From Halarcobacter sp. (GTDB lineage: Bacteria; Campylobacterota; Campylobacteria; Campylobacterales; Arcobacteraceae), in contig CP182352.1 in assembly GCA_048571215.1 (NCBI GenBank), positions 1,952,001-2,016,000 on the forward strand: a stretch of DNA of 64,000 bases. The letters are read 5' to 3'. Shown piece after piece: positions 1-9,963 of this stretch. Under the pieces are notes generated by a model. It was not told the DNA's origin, did not search any database, and saw only the letters and a list, made by a program, of their open reading frames with translations. Numbering within the stretch: the first letter of the stretch is position 1; the number at the start of each line of letters is the position of its first letter. The position numbers and the translations under genes were made by a program.

Positions 1-11
1 ATAATATAACT

Positions 12-1691
12 ATGTATTTAGATGAAGTTGCCTTAGATAACAAAGAACTTAATCTATCAATTTATGGCTCAGCAGAATCAAAAGATTTTGACTCTCACAA
101 GTGGCGAATTGTAAAAGTAAAAGTTACTGACTCAAAATCAAAAACTCTGAAATTTGAAACCCAATCAGATAAAAGAGGTCTTTGGGAAGTTGATAATATA
201 GATATTTCAAACTTAAGTGATGGAAAACTTACAATAAAAGCTACTATGTTAGATGATAATAATCAACAACTAGCTACCTTAACAGATGACAGCTCAATCA
301 AAGATACAAGCTTTAAATTAAGTGAATTTTTGAAAGAACATCTTGCTGCTTCGATTTTCCTTTTAATGGTAGTATTACTTCTTACTGGTTTTCCTATGAT
401 GATACCTCTTATTTCAGGTACAACCCTTGGGATATATCTATTATTTGATGGTGATTTTTCAAAAATGGAATTCTTGATTCAGCAAATGATGGGTGGTATT
501 AGACCAGCTGCACTTATTGCTGTTCCTATGTTTATACTTTCAGCAGATATTATGACAAGAGGTAAATCAGCAGAAAAACTTATTGACCTTGTTATGGCTT
601 TTGTAAGACATATCAAAGGTGGACTTGCAGTAAGTACGGCAGGAGCATGTGCAATGTTTGGTGCTGTTTCTGGTTCAACGCAAGCTACAGTTGTAGCTAT
701 TGGTTCTCCTCTTCGCCCAAGACTAAAAAAAGGTGGATATAAAGACTCATTTATCTTAGCTTTAATTGTAAATTCAAGTGATATTGCCTTTTTAATCCCT
801 CCAAGTATTGGGATGATTATCTATGGTATTGTTGCAAAAACTTCTATTCCTGAACTTTTTATCGCTGGTATTGGTCCAGGGCTTTTAATCTTAGTTCTTT
901 TTTCAATATATAGTATTATATATGCATATAGACATGATATTCCAACAGAACCAAAAGCAACATGGAAAGAAAGATGGATGGCACTTTATAAAGCCTTATG
1001 GCCTTTAGGTTTCCCTATAATTATTGTTGGTGGTATTTTTGGAGGGATATTTAGTCCTACTGAAGCAGCAGCAGTTAGTGTTGCCTACGCAATATTTTTA
1101 GAAGGTCTTGTCTTTAAAACAATGAAATTAAAAGATCTTTATGCAACTGCAAAATCAACAGGACTTGTTACTGGTGTTGTATTTATCTTAGTTGGTGCAG
1201 GTGCAGGTTTTGCATGGGTATTATCTTTTGCTCAAGTACCTCAAGAGATTTTAGATAGTATTGGTATTACTGATATGGGTCCTTACCAAGTTCTATTTGT
1301 AATCTCAATAGCTTTCTTTGTTGGATGTATGTTTGTTGACCCTATTGTAGTAATTTTAGTATTAGTTCCTATTTTTGCACCAGTTGTTGATTCAGTGGGA
1401 TTAGATCCAGTTTTAGTTGGGACTATTATTACTTTACAAGTTGCTATTGGTTCGGCCACTCCCCCATTTGGATGTGATATTTTTACAGCTATTGCTGTAT
1501 TTAAACGACCATATTTAGAAGTGATAAAAGGAACACCACCTTTTATTATTATTCTATTAAGTGTTTCAGTTGCACTTATTTTTATACCAGAAATTGCACT
1601 ATTTTTAAGGGACATTGCATTTAGAGATGTAAGTGTAATGGAAAGTATTCAAAAAATGTTTGGCTTAGTTCCAGAAGTAGTAACAAAATAA
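12..1691 (+). CDS. TRAP transporter large permease (DctM/TeaC-like) with N-terminal Ig-like domain; true start may lie upstream of window
   Basis: DctM motifs (AVPMFILSADIM, FGAVSGS, LIPPSIGMIIYG, ELFIAGIGPG, SPTEAAA, TPPFG); frame is open to the window edge. Confidence 0.9.
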   Translation: MYLDEVALDNKELNLSIYGSAESKDFDSHKWRIVKVKVTDSKSKTLKFETQSDKRGLWEVDNIDISNLSDGKLTIKATMLDDNNQQLATLTDDSSIKDTSFKLSEFLKEHLAASIFLLMVVLLLTGFPMMIPLISGTTLGIYLLFDGDFSKMEFLIQQMMGGIRPAALIAVPMFILSADIMTRGKSAEKLIDLVMAFVRHIKGGLAVSTAGACAMFGAVSGSTQATVVAIGSPLRPRLKKGGYKDSFILALIVNSSDIAFLIPPSIGMIIYGIVAKTSIPELFIAGIGPGLLILVLFSIYSIIYAYRHDIPTEPKATWKERWMALYKALWPLGFPIIIVGGIFGGIFSPTEAAAVSVAYAIFLEGLVFKTMKLKDLYATAKSTGLVTGVVFILVGAGAGFAWVLSFAQVPQEILDSIGITDMGPYQVLFVISIAFFVGCMFVDPIVVILVLVPIFAPVVDSVGLDPVLVGTIITLQVAIGSATPPFGCDIFTAIAVFKRPYLEVIKGTPPFIIILLSVSVALIFIPEIALFLRDIAFRDVSVMESIQKMFGLVPEVVTK

Positions 1692-1705
1692 TTTAAGGAG
1701 AATAG

Positions 1706-2158
1706 ATGTTTAAAAAAATTTTAGTGCCAACAGATGGTTCTCAACAGGCAAACAAAGCATTAAAAGTAGCTTGTGAAATGGCTATAAATAATGATGCTCA
1801 AATAAGTATTTTATCTGTTTTTAGACATCACAGTTTTATAGAGGGTTCCTTATCAATGTTGCCAAGACAGATAGATGATAAAGCTTATAATCTTGAAGAT
1901 GCCTTAGGAGAATACTCAAAAGAGATAGTGGGTGAGGCAAAAGAGATTGCTTTAAATTATGGAGTAAAAAAAGAAAATGTAAAAGGTTTTGTTCGTATAG
2001 GCCCTGTCACAAAAGAGATATTGGAGTTTGTTAAAGATAAAGATATCGAAATTGTTATTATTGGTAAACAAGGTAAAGGTGACCTTAGTGGATATTTGCT
2101 AGGTGGAGTTTCACATAAAGTTGCAGGACTTGCTGATATACCAGTTCTAGTAGTGTGA
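1706..2158 (+). CDS. Universal stress protein (TeaD-like)
   Basis: MFKKILVPTDGS N-terminus, IIGKQG..LLGGVSHKV...PVLVV C-terminus; follows TRAP permease; AAGGAG RBS. Confidence 0.9.
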   Translation: MFKKILVPTDGSQQANKALKVACEMAINNDAQISILSVFRHHSFIEGSLSMLPRQIDDKAYNLEDALGEYSKEIVGEAKEIALNYGVKKENVKGFVRIGPVTKEILEFVKDKDIEIVIIGKQGKGDLSGYLLGGVSHKVAGLADIPVLVV

Positions 2159-2226
2159 TTAAAATTGATAAAATTTATAGAAAAAATGAGTATGTATTGT
2201 TTTAATCGTATATATTCAAAAGTAGT

Positions 2227-2329
2227 TTACTCGTCCAGTTAAATAAAGGGGTGATTCTTTATGTTTTGCTCCTGTAAAAAGAACGCTTTTTACAAATTGA
2301 ATAATACTAATAATTTTTTACTGGAGTAA
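2227..2329 (+). promoter_or_regulatory. Candidate structured 5' leader pairing over the Shine-Dalgarno of the 2332 gene
   Basis: ttactc..ccagt (2227-2239) is complementary to actggagtaa (2320-2329); internal hairpins ataaaggg-gtga-ttctttat and tgtaaaaag-aacg-ctttttaca. Confidence 0.35.
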
Positions 2330-2331
2330 TT

Positions 2332-3489
2332 ATGGAAAATAATTCAATGAAAGCTATGGTCTTAGTTGGTCATGGTGGAATAGATAAGTTAATATATAAA
2401 GATGTTGAAATTCCTACACCCAAAAAAGGTGAGGTTCTAATAAAAGTAACAGCAACAGCTAAAAACAATACAGATAGAAAAGCCCGAGAAGGTTTATATC
2501 CAGTTGATGATAACAATAAAGAAGAGGTAACCTCTTTTAATATGACAGGAGATAATACCTTCACCTTTCCTAGAATTCAAGGGGCAGATATCGTTGGAGT
2601 TGTTGAAAAAGTTGCAGATGATGAAAATAAGAATCTAATAGGTCAAAGGGGACTTGTTGATTTTAATATCTATTTATCTCAAAATCCCGATTTAAATTTA
2701 ATACCTGATTATTATGGTCATGGAGCAGATGGCGGATATGCGGAATATGTAGTTGTTCCTAGTGAAAACTTTTATGCTATACCAAATAAAAATCTTGATG
2801 ATGCCCAATTAGCCTCTCTTGGTATGTGTTCATATCAAACTGGCTTTAGAATGTTAAATGCTTCACGGGTAAAAGCTGGAGATAAAGTACTAATAAGCGG
2901 TGCAAGTGGTGGAGTTGGAACTGCCCTAATTCAAATGTGCAAAGTCTTAAAAGCTATACCTTATGCCCTTAGTTCTAAGGATAAAGAAGAGGAACTTTTA
3001 GCTCTTGGTGCTGAAAAAGTGATTGATAGAGGTGAAATCTCAACTTTAAAACAAAGAATTCTAGAAGCAACAAAGGGTGAAAATATTGATGCTGTTATGG
3101 ATTTAGTTGGTGGAGAATATACAAATATTTTTATTGATACTATGATTATAGATATGAAAAAAAGAGATGACTACCCAAGACTAAGTATAGCAGGAGCTAG
3201 TTCATATAACATCACTGAAGTATTATGGTCTAAGATTTATCTTTATCAAGTGGAGATTCATGGAGTATCACATGGTACAAAAAATGAAGCAAAACAGTTA
3301 ATGCAATGGATAAAAGAGGAAAAACTAAAACCCATTTTACATGCAACCTTTAAACTTTCAAATCTCCATGAAGCAGAAAAATATTTTGTTTCAAGGGGAA
3401 AAGGATATTTAGGGAAAATAGTAATAGTACCTGATTCTCAATGGGAAGAGCATGGTGCAAAATACTCTTTAAAGATAGAAAATGAATAA
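2332..3489 (+). CDS. MDR-family (zinc-binding alcohol dehydrogenase/quinone reductase-like) oxidoreductase
   Basis: PTPKKGEVLIKV, FPRIQGADIVG, GGYAEYVVVP, ISGASGGVG nucleotide-binding motif, GKIVI. Confidence 0.85.
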   Translation: MENNSMKAMVLVGHGGIDKLIYKDVEIPTPKKGEVLIKVTATAKNNTDRKAREGLYPVDDNNKEEVTSFNMTGDNTFTFPRIQGADIVGVVEKVADDENKNLIGQRGLVDFNIYLSQNPDLNLIPDYYGHGADGGYAEYVVVPSENFYAIPNKNLDDAQLASLGMCSYQTGFRMLNASRVKAGDKVLISGASGGVGTALIQMCKVLKAIPYALSSKDKEEELLALGAEKVIDRGEISTLKQRILEATKGENIDAVMDLVGGEYTNIFIDTMIIDMKKRDDYPRLSIAGASSYNITEVLWSKIYLYQVEIHGVSHGTKNEAKQLMQWIKEEKLKPILHATFKLSNLHEAEKYFVSRGKGYLGKIVIVPDSQWEEHGAKYSLKIENE

Positions 3490-4516
3490 GCCACACACAA
3501 TAGGACTAATAGACACCCATGCGGGTGGTGATGTGAGTAGAATAGTATTTACAGGTATAAAAGAGTTAGAGGGTAATAGTGTAAGAGAACAGATGCTTTA
3601 TTTGCAAGAGCATGCTGATGATTTGAGAGAAACACTACTTTATGAACCTTATGGTATCCCTGAGATGTCTATAGATTTGGTAGTTCCCTCTAAAAATAAA
3701 GAAGCAGTTGCTGGATATATTATCATGGAAGTTATGGGTTATCCTATATATTCAGGTTCAAATACCATGTGTACTGCAACAGCAGTTATTGAAAATGGAT
3801 TAGTTGAGAAAAAAGATGGTACCTTAAACTTTAAACTTGAAGCACCAGCTGGACTTGTAGATATTGAAGCTAAAGTAGAAAACGGTGTTGTTGAATCTAT
3901 AACTTGTGAGGGACTTCCAAGTTATATTTATCAATATAAAGAAAAAATTGTGATTCAAGAGTTAGGTGAGATTACCTATTCTGTAGCTTATAGTGGAGGT
4001 TTCTATATCCTTGTAGAAGCTAGTGAGTTAGGATTTAATCTTACACTTGATGAAGAAAAAAGATTAAGTGATGCAGCTTATTTAATAGTTGAAGCAGTTA
4101 GAAAAAAAGAGTCACTAAGACACTATTTATTAGGTGATGTGGGACCAGTTCCTTTTTTACATTTTATGGGAGAAATTGAGAAAAAAGAAGATGGTTTTTA
4201 TACCTCAAGATCAACAACTTATGTTCACCCAGGAGTTATTTGTAGAAGCACAACAGGAACAGGTACCTCTGCTAGATTGGCATATTTACAATATGAAGAC
4301 AAGATTAAACCAGGTGAAAGATTAGAAACTGTAAGTTTAAGGGGTACAAAATTCATTGGTACTTTTGATGCAGTTGAAAATATCGATGGACAAAATGTAG
4401 TAAGAAATAGAACAACAGGCAAAAGTTATATAATAGCAAAATCAGAGATTTTAGTTAATTGTGATGATTGCCTAACAAAATATAATGAATTAGCAAAAGT
4501 GATTCAGCATTTATAA
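3482..4516 (+). CDS. Proline racemase family protein (Ser/Thr-type active site)
   Basis: IDTHAGGDVSRIV, LLYEPYG, YSGSNTMC, EAPAGLV, AYSGGFY, CRSTTGTGTSAR. Confidence 0.85.
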   Translation: MNKPHTIGLIDTHAGGDVSRIVFTGIKELEGNSVREQMLYLQEHADDLRETLLYEPYGIPEMSIDLVVPSKNKEAVAGYIIMEVMGYPIYSGSNTMCTATAVIENGLVEKKDGTLNFKLEAPAGLVDIEAKVENGVVESITCEGLPSYIYQYKEKIVIQELGEITYSVAYSGGFYILVEASELGFNLTLDEEKRLSDAAYLIVEAVRKKESLRHYLLGDVGPVPFLHFMGEIEKKEDGFYTSRSTTYVHPGVICRSTTGTGTSARLAYLQYEDKIKPGERLETVSLRGTKFIGTFDAVENIDGQNVVRNRTTGKSYIIAKSEILVNCDDCLTKYNELAKVIQHL

Positions 4517-4531
4517 TAAAAAGGAGTCGGT

Positions 4532-5686
4532 ATGTATAAAAATTTTGATGAAGTAGTAGAGTTTGCTACAAATTTTAGACATAATTTACATAAAAATCCC
4601 GAATTGACTTGGGAAGAGACAGATACTGCAAAAGCAATAAGAGAGATATTAGATAAGCATAATATTACATATAAAACTTATGCAGGAACTGGAACTGTTG
4701 GCTTACTTGCCCAAGATAAAGAGGGACCTCATATAGCATTAAGGGGAGATATTGATGCTCTTCCATTAGAAGAGAAAACTGATGTTTCATATAAATCAGT
4801 TAAAACTCAATGTATGCATGCTTGTGGACATGATGGACACACAGCAACTCTAATGGCAGCTGCTATTTGGTTAAAACAAAATGAAGATAAACTAACAAAC
4901 CCAATATCACTTATATTTCAACCTGCTGAAGAGGGAGGTCATGGAGCTAAGAAGATGATTGAAGAGGGATGTTTAGATGGAGTTGATATGATTTTTGGTT
5001 GGCATAATTGGCCAGCTATTAAATTTGGTCAAGCTGTTTGTCCTGAGAGTACAGTAATGGCTGGAAATGGAACTTTTCATATTACACTTAAAGGTTCGGG
5101 AGGTCACTCCTCTCAACCTGAAATTTGTAAAGATCCAGTTCTTGCAGCTTCTGCTTTAACTATGGCACTACAACAAATTGTAAGTAGACAAGTGGCACCT
5201 CAAGATGCCGTTGTAGTTTCTGTTACATCAATAGATGCAATTAGTGGAGTAACAGTAATTCCTGATAATGCAAAAGTTGAAGGAAGTATTAGGGTTCCTA
5301 CAAATGAGTTAAAAACAAAAGTATTTAATCAAATAGAAGAGATATCAAAAGGGATTGCACTAGCATATAATGTAGATGTGGATATTGATTTAAGAGATAG
5401 ATATCAACCAACAATCAATCATAAAGATGAATCTTCAAAGGTGCGAGAAGTATTAAAAGACACCTTAGGGGAAAACTGGCAAAGCGATATTGCAACTCCA
5501 ATTATGGCAAGTGAAGATTTTAGTTATTACCTAAACAAAATCCCAGGAGCTTTTGCTCTTATAGGAAGTGATGATGGAGTTGAAAAACATCAAAAAGCTT
5601 GCCACAATGTACACTATGATTTCAATGATAAGCTAATAAAACCAGTTAGCATATCACTCATGAAATTAGCTAATTTTACTTTTTGA
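4532..5686 (+). CDS. M20D amidohydrolase (possibly DoeB2-like N-acetyl-diaminobutyrate deacetylase)
   Basis: LHKNPEL, RGDIDALP, MHACGHDGH, FQPAEEG, SEDFSYY motifs; substrate is inference from context. Confidence 0.85.
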   Translation: MYKNFDEVVEFATNFRHNLHKNPELTWEETDTAKAIREILDKHNITYKTYAGTGTVGLLAQDKEGPHIALRGDIDALPLEEKTDVSYKSVKTQCMHACGHDGHTATLMAAAIWLKQNEDKLTNPISLIFQPAEEGGHGAKKMIEEGCLDGVDMIFGWHNWPAIKFGQAVCPESTVMAGNGTFHITLKGSGGHSSQPEICKDPVLAASALTMALQQIVSRQVAPQDAVVVSVTSIDAISGVTVIPDNAKVEGSIRVPTNELKTKVFNQIEEISKGIALAYNVDVDIDLRDRYQPTINHKDESSKVREVLKDTLGENWQSDIATPIMASEDFSYYLNKIPGAFALIGSDDGVEKHQKACHNVHYDFNDKLIKPVSISLMKLANFTF

Positions 5687-5699
5687 TTAAAGAAAAAAA

Positions 5700-6266
5700 A
5701 TGGTCTCTTTAATCGTAGCAATTTTAGGTGTTTTGGCTATTGTCTTAAATGGCATAGGAATGGCAATAAAAGATGTAATAAAAACAAAAATTTTATTGGG
5801 TTCCTCTATTGTACTTATTATCCCAGATTTATATAATAGTGGAGGGATACATGGAGTTTATCAATCAGCAATAATAGCTACAATGTATTTTATAGGTGCC
5901 TTGGAGTATAGGAAACTTGAAAGAATCATACTCTACTCTATCCCATTTTTTTCTGTATTTTTACTTTTGGGATTAAAAGAGTATGAGGGACTTTTTTTAG
6001 TACTAGCTTCAATAAGCACTCCCTTAGCAACTATTTCCAAAGACTCCTTTAAAATGAAACTTCTGCTTTTGGTTTCAACTCTGTCTTGGGGAACATATGC
6101 AATTCTTACACAAGCATGGTTTGCCTTAGCTTTTGATATATTAGGAGCCCTAGCCTTGATATACTTTTTTGGTCAATATAGAAGAGAAAAAAAAGCTATG
6201 CAAATGATAGATACAGTTTGTACTGAGATTGAAAAAACAAAAGATATTTTCCAAAAGGAGAATTAG
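5700..6266 (+). CDS. Small multi-pass inner membrane protein (YgjV-like)
   Basis: About 6 hydrophobic segments; family call tentative. Confidence 0.6.
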   Translation: MVSLIVAILGVLAIVLNGIGMAIKDVIKTKILLGSSIVLIIPDLYNSGGIHGVYQSAIIATMYFIGALEYRKLERIILYSIPFFSVFLLLGLKEYEGLFLVLASISTPLATISKDSFKMKLLLLVSTLSWGTYAILTQAWFALAFDILGALALIYFFGQYRREKKAMQMIDTVCTEIEKTKDIFQKEN

Positions 6267-6283
6267 TTTATCTACTTATTAAA

Positions 6284-6325
6284 ATAAGACAAATGTAAAT
6301 ATATCACTTTATACATTTGTCTTAA
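6284..6325 (+). terminator. Hairpin, probable terminator after the catabolic cluster
   Basis: taagacaaatgta ... tacatttgtctta inverted repeat just after the 6266 stop. Confidence 0.45.
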
Positions 6326-6517
6326 TTAGGTATCATGTCTACAAGTTTTTAGGAGTAGATTTCTACTCCTAGTTTAATTAGAAAACTACTTTAAACTCTT
6401 AAATTTCATCTTTTTTATGGTGGTGACTCGTATACTATTCAAATTATTATAATACTTGAATTTTTTTCATAGCTGATATTGGAAAAACAAAAGATATTTT
6501 CAAAAATATGGTTTGAA

Positions 6518-7201
6518 TCAATTGATAAGTAAAGTATATCCCTCTTGGGGAACATTTTTTATGATATTTATAGGGAGTTTTGCTCTTAACTCTTTTATAA
6601 AAGATTTAAGGGCATGGTTAGTCATAAATCTATCTATCCATAATTGGCTTTCTATCATCTCATAAGTTACTATTTTGTTTTTATTTTCAATAAGCATTTG
6701 TAAAAACTCTTTTTCTCTTCTTCTTAGAGGAATAGTTTCATCCTTATAAACTAAGGCTCTACTTGAAGGATCTAAAAACAAATCTTCACCTAATTGAATT
6801 TTTTTTGATAAGTTTTTATTTATATATTTGTTTAGGGCTTCAGTCAGTTTTTTGTGGTTTAGGGGTTTTAGGATATAGTGATTTATATTTAGATTAATCA
6901 AATCCATAAGATACTCTTCATTTGAAAAAGCAGTAAGCATAATAATTGTAGTATAAGAATCAGTTTTTCTAATCTTTTTTACCAATTCTATCCCATTTAT
7001 ATCCTTCATTTGTATATCTGACAATATAATCTTTGGTTTGTACTCTTCATATATATAAAAGGCATCTTCCACATTGCTTGCTTCATAAACCTCATCAAAA
7101 TAGTATTTCAAGGTATCAACTATTGCTTTTCTAATACCATCTTCATCTTCTACACATAAGATTGGTATATTTTTCAACTCATCTAATAGATTCTCATTCA
7201 T
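6518..7201 (-). CDS. OmpR-family response regulator
   Basis: Receiver (VEDE, SDIQM, YILKP) plus winged helix (IKNVPQEGY). Confidence 0.92.
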   Translation of the reverse strand: MNENLLDELKNIPILCVEDEDGIRKAIVDTLKYYFDEVYEASNVEDAFYIYEEYKPKIILSDIQMKDINGIELVKKIRKTDSYTTIIMLTAFSNEEYLMDLINLNINHYILKPLNHKKLTEALNKYINKNLSKKIQLGEDLFLDPSSRALVYKDETIPLRRREKEFLQMLIENKNKIVTYEMIESQLWIDRFMTNHALKSFIKELRAKLPINIIKNVPQEGYTLLIN

Positions 7202-7203
7202 AT

Positions 7204-8379
7204 TTATCCCACCAATACTATTTTGAAAATAGCCCCTTCATTATCATTTTGTACACTTAACTCTCCACCCATATTTCTTTCAATAATAAGTTTTGAGATA
7301 TATAAACCAAGTCCTGTCCCTTTTGAGGTATCTTTTGTACTAAAGTATGGGTCAAAAATCATATCAATATTTTCTAAGGCAATTCCACCTGCATTGTCTT
7401 TTACAGTTACAATAGAGTTTAAACCTTTTGTGTCAATTGTTAACTCAATTTTAGGTTTACTTATATTTTTCTCAACTAATATATCTTTTGCATTTGAAAG
7501 TAGATTTAATATAACCTGCGAAAACTCTGTTGGATAGCCGAATATATCTTTATTTCTTATAACATTTACTTTACATTCTATGCCACTTTCATCTAAAGTT
7601 GCATCTATAAGATTAACTGCTTTTTGACAAGATTCTAGGATATTGAAATTCTCTTTTTTCTTATCTGGTTTATAAAAATTTCTAAAATCATCAATAGTAT
7701 TTGACATAAACTCTATCATATTATCACTTTTTTCAATAGAGTTTAGTATATGTTTATCATCAACTTTTTTAAACCTTGTGGCAGTTTCAAGCTCCATTAA
7801 TATTCCAGACAATTCACTTAATGGTTGTCTCCACTGGTGGGCTATCATAGATATCATAGAACCCATACGAGCTAGTTTTGATTGTGCTAAGATAGCTTTA
7901 TCTTTTCTTTTACCCTCTTCTATTCCAACCTTAACTTTTTGTTCTAGATTTTTATTTAGACTTTGCAGTTTATTCTCTTTGTATTCCACTTGATTTTTAT
8001 ATTTTTTTATAGTGTCATTTATAATTGTAGTCATCAAATAAGTAAATAAAATCATAAAAACTAAAACAGTGATAGTCAAAGTGATAACAAAACTTTTATA
8101 TTCATCTTTTCTTTGATTTAATTCATCTCTTTTTTGTTTTTCAAAAAGTTTGAAATTTGTTGATAGATTTTGCTTTGAATATAAAACTCTATACTCTTGT
8201 AAATCTTTTTCAAAGTTTTTATCTTCAAGTTTCAAGTAGTATGATAGAGAAAAAAAGGATATAAATATAACAGATAAAAAAGGTATCATAATAACAAAAA
8301 AAGGTATTCCCTCTTTATTAAACATATTTTGCTCTTTTTTTTTCATATCATATCTAAATTGTTTTAAAAAGTTTTTCAA
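7204..8379 (-). CDS. Sensor histidine kinase
   Basis: Two TM helices, IAHQWRQPL H-box, NLLSNAKD, DNAGGI, FSTK, GTGLGL. Confidence 0.92.
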   Translation of the reverse strand: MKNFLKQFRYDMKKKEQNMFNKEGIPFFVIMIPFLSVIFISFFSLSYYLKLEDKNFEKDLQEYRVLYSKQNLSTNFKLFEKQKRDELNQRKDEYKSFVITLTITVLVFMILFTYLMTTIINDTIKKYKNQVEYKENKLQSLNKNLEQKVKVGIEEGKRKDKAILAQSKLARMGSMISMIAHQWRQPLSELSGILMELETATRFKKVDDKHILNSIEKSDNMIEFMSNTIDDFRNFYKPDKKKENFNILESCQKAVNLIDATLDESGIECKVNVIRNKDIFGYPTEFSQVILNLLSNAKDILVEKNISKPKIELTIDTKGLNSIVTVKDNAGGIALENIDMIFDPYFSTKDTSKGTGLGLYISKLIIERNMGGELSVQNDNEGAIFKIVLVG

Positions 8380-8432
8380 ATTTTTGCTGTTTTGTTATTT
8401 TGTTTTATAAAGTGCAAGCTTTCGCTTACACC

Positions 8433-9875
8433 TTATTTTTTAGATCTTTTATCGTTGATATTATCAACAATCTCTTTCCAAATTACTTTATCGATTTTAA
8501 ATTCATTGTAGTCATTATATCTTAGGACTGGATTTTTCCCTTCAGCAATTTGTCTATCATACCCTTTGATAAGTCTAAGAACTGGTTTATAAAGAAGTGC
8601 AATAACTACCATATTAATAACAGCTAATAATCCCATAGATAAATCAGCAAAAGAGAAAATAGAACCTAAATCTTGCATAGAACCCCAAATAATAAGTCCA
8701 ACAACAAACAATCTAAAACCATTGAACATCATTTTATTGCCTTTAGAGAAAAAGTTTAGTGAGTTTTCTGCTAAATAATAGTTATAAAGTATAGAAGAGA
8801 AACCAAATAACAATAAAGCAATAGTAACAAAATATCCGCCCCATGGTCCAATATGCTCAATTAAAGCATTTTGAGTTAGAAGAATACCTTGAACACTTTC
8901 ATTTCCAGGTACATAAACCCCTGATAAAAGGATGATAAATGCAGTACAAGAACATAAGATAATAGTATCAATGAATACTGAGAATGATTGAACAATACCT
9001 TGTTGAACTGGATGAGCCACATAAGCAACAGCTGCAACATTTGGTGCAGATCCTAATCCCGCTTCATTTGAGAACATACCTCTTTTTGCACCTTGTAACA
9101 TAACAGCACCAAAACCACCTGCAATAGCAGAACTAGGGTTAAACGCTTCACTTACAATCAAACTAATAAGATCAGGTATTTTTCCAAAATTTAATACTAT
9201 TACAACAACAGCAATAAGTAGATACCCAACAGCCATTATTGGAACAATAACTTCTGAAAACTTTGTGATTCTTTTTATCCCACCAAATACTGCAAAAGCA
9301 AATATAATAGTAAGTGCAATACCTGTAATCCAAGTTGGAATATTAAATGAAGATTCAAAAGAGTTTGTTATGATAAAAGATTGTGTGGCATTAAATGCAA
9401 ATCCAAAAGTTATCATAAGTAAAATAGAGATAACAACCCCCAGCCATTTTTGACCTAAAGCTTTTGTAGCATAATATGCAGGTCCCCCTCTATAAACACA
9501 AGAGTCTTGGGCATCTTTTTCTTTATAAAGTTGAGCCAATGAACACTCAAAGAAACTGGTACTCATACCAATAAGACCAATAACCCACATCCAAAAAACT
9601 GCTCCTGGACCACCTAGAGTGATTGCAACTGCAACTCCTGCAATATTTCCACCACCAACACGACCTGCAACACTTAACATCAGTGCTTGAAAAGAACTGA
9701 TATGTCCCTCTTTATCATGTTCCGTATGTCTTAATATATTGAACATCTTAAAAAAGTACCTAAATTGTACAAATTTTGAACTAATAGTGAAAAATAACCC
9801 AAGTGCGGGAAGTAAGTAAATTAGAATATTTCCCCAAATAAGGTTGTTTAGAAAATCATTAATTTCACCTAACAT
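8433..9875 (-). CDS. Alanine/glycine:cation symporter (AGCS)
   Basis: GRVGGGNIAGVA, GGPGAVFWMW, YRGGPAYY, RGMFSNEAGLGSAP; start moved to ATG 9875 with AGGAG RBS. Confidence 0.92.
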   Translation of the reverse strand: MLGEINDFLNNLIWGNILIYLLPALGLFFTISSKFVQFRYFFKMFNILRHTEHDKEGHISSFQALMLSVAGRVGGGNIAGVAVAITLGGPGAVFWMWVIGLIGMSTSFFECSLAQLYKEKDAQDSCVYRGGPAYYATKALGQKWLGVVISILLMITFGFAFNATQSFIITNSFESSFNIPTWITGIALTIIFAFAVFGGIKRITKFSEVIVPIMAVGYLLIAVVVIVLNFGKIPDLISLIVSEAFNPSSAIAGGFGAVMLQGAKRGMFSNEAGLGSAPNVAAVAYVAHPVQQGIVQSFSVFIDTIILCSCTAFIILLSGVYVPGNESVQGILLTQNALIEHIGPWGGYFVTIALLLFGFSSILYNYYLAENSLNFFSKGNKMMFNGFRLFVVGLIIWGSMQDLGSIFSFADLSMGLLAVINMVVIALLYKPVLRLIKGYDRQIAEGKNPVLRYNDYNEFKIDKVIWKEIVDNINDKRSKK

Positions 9876-9963
9876 ATTATCTCCTTTTATATTGATAAAA
9901 GAATTGTAACAATCCAAAGAGGGTTAAAAGTGTCTTTAAAAATTACTTACTTATAGTTTTTAA

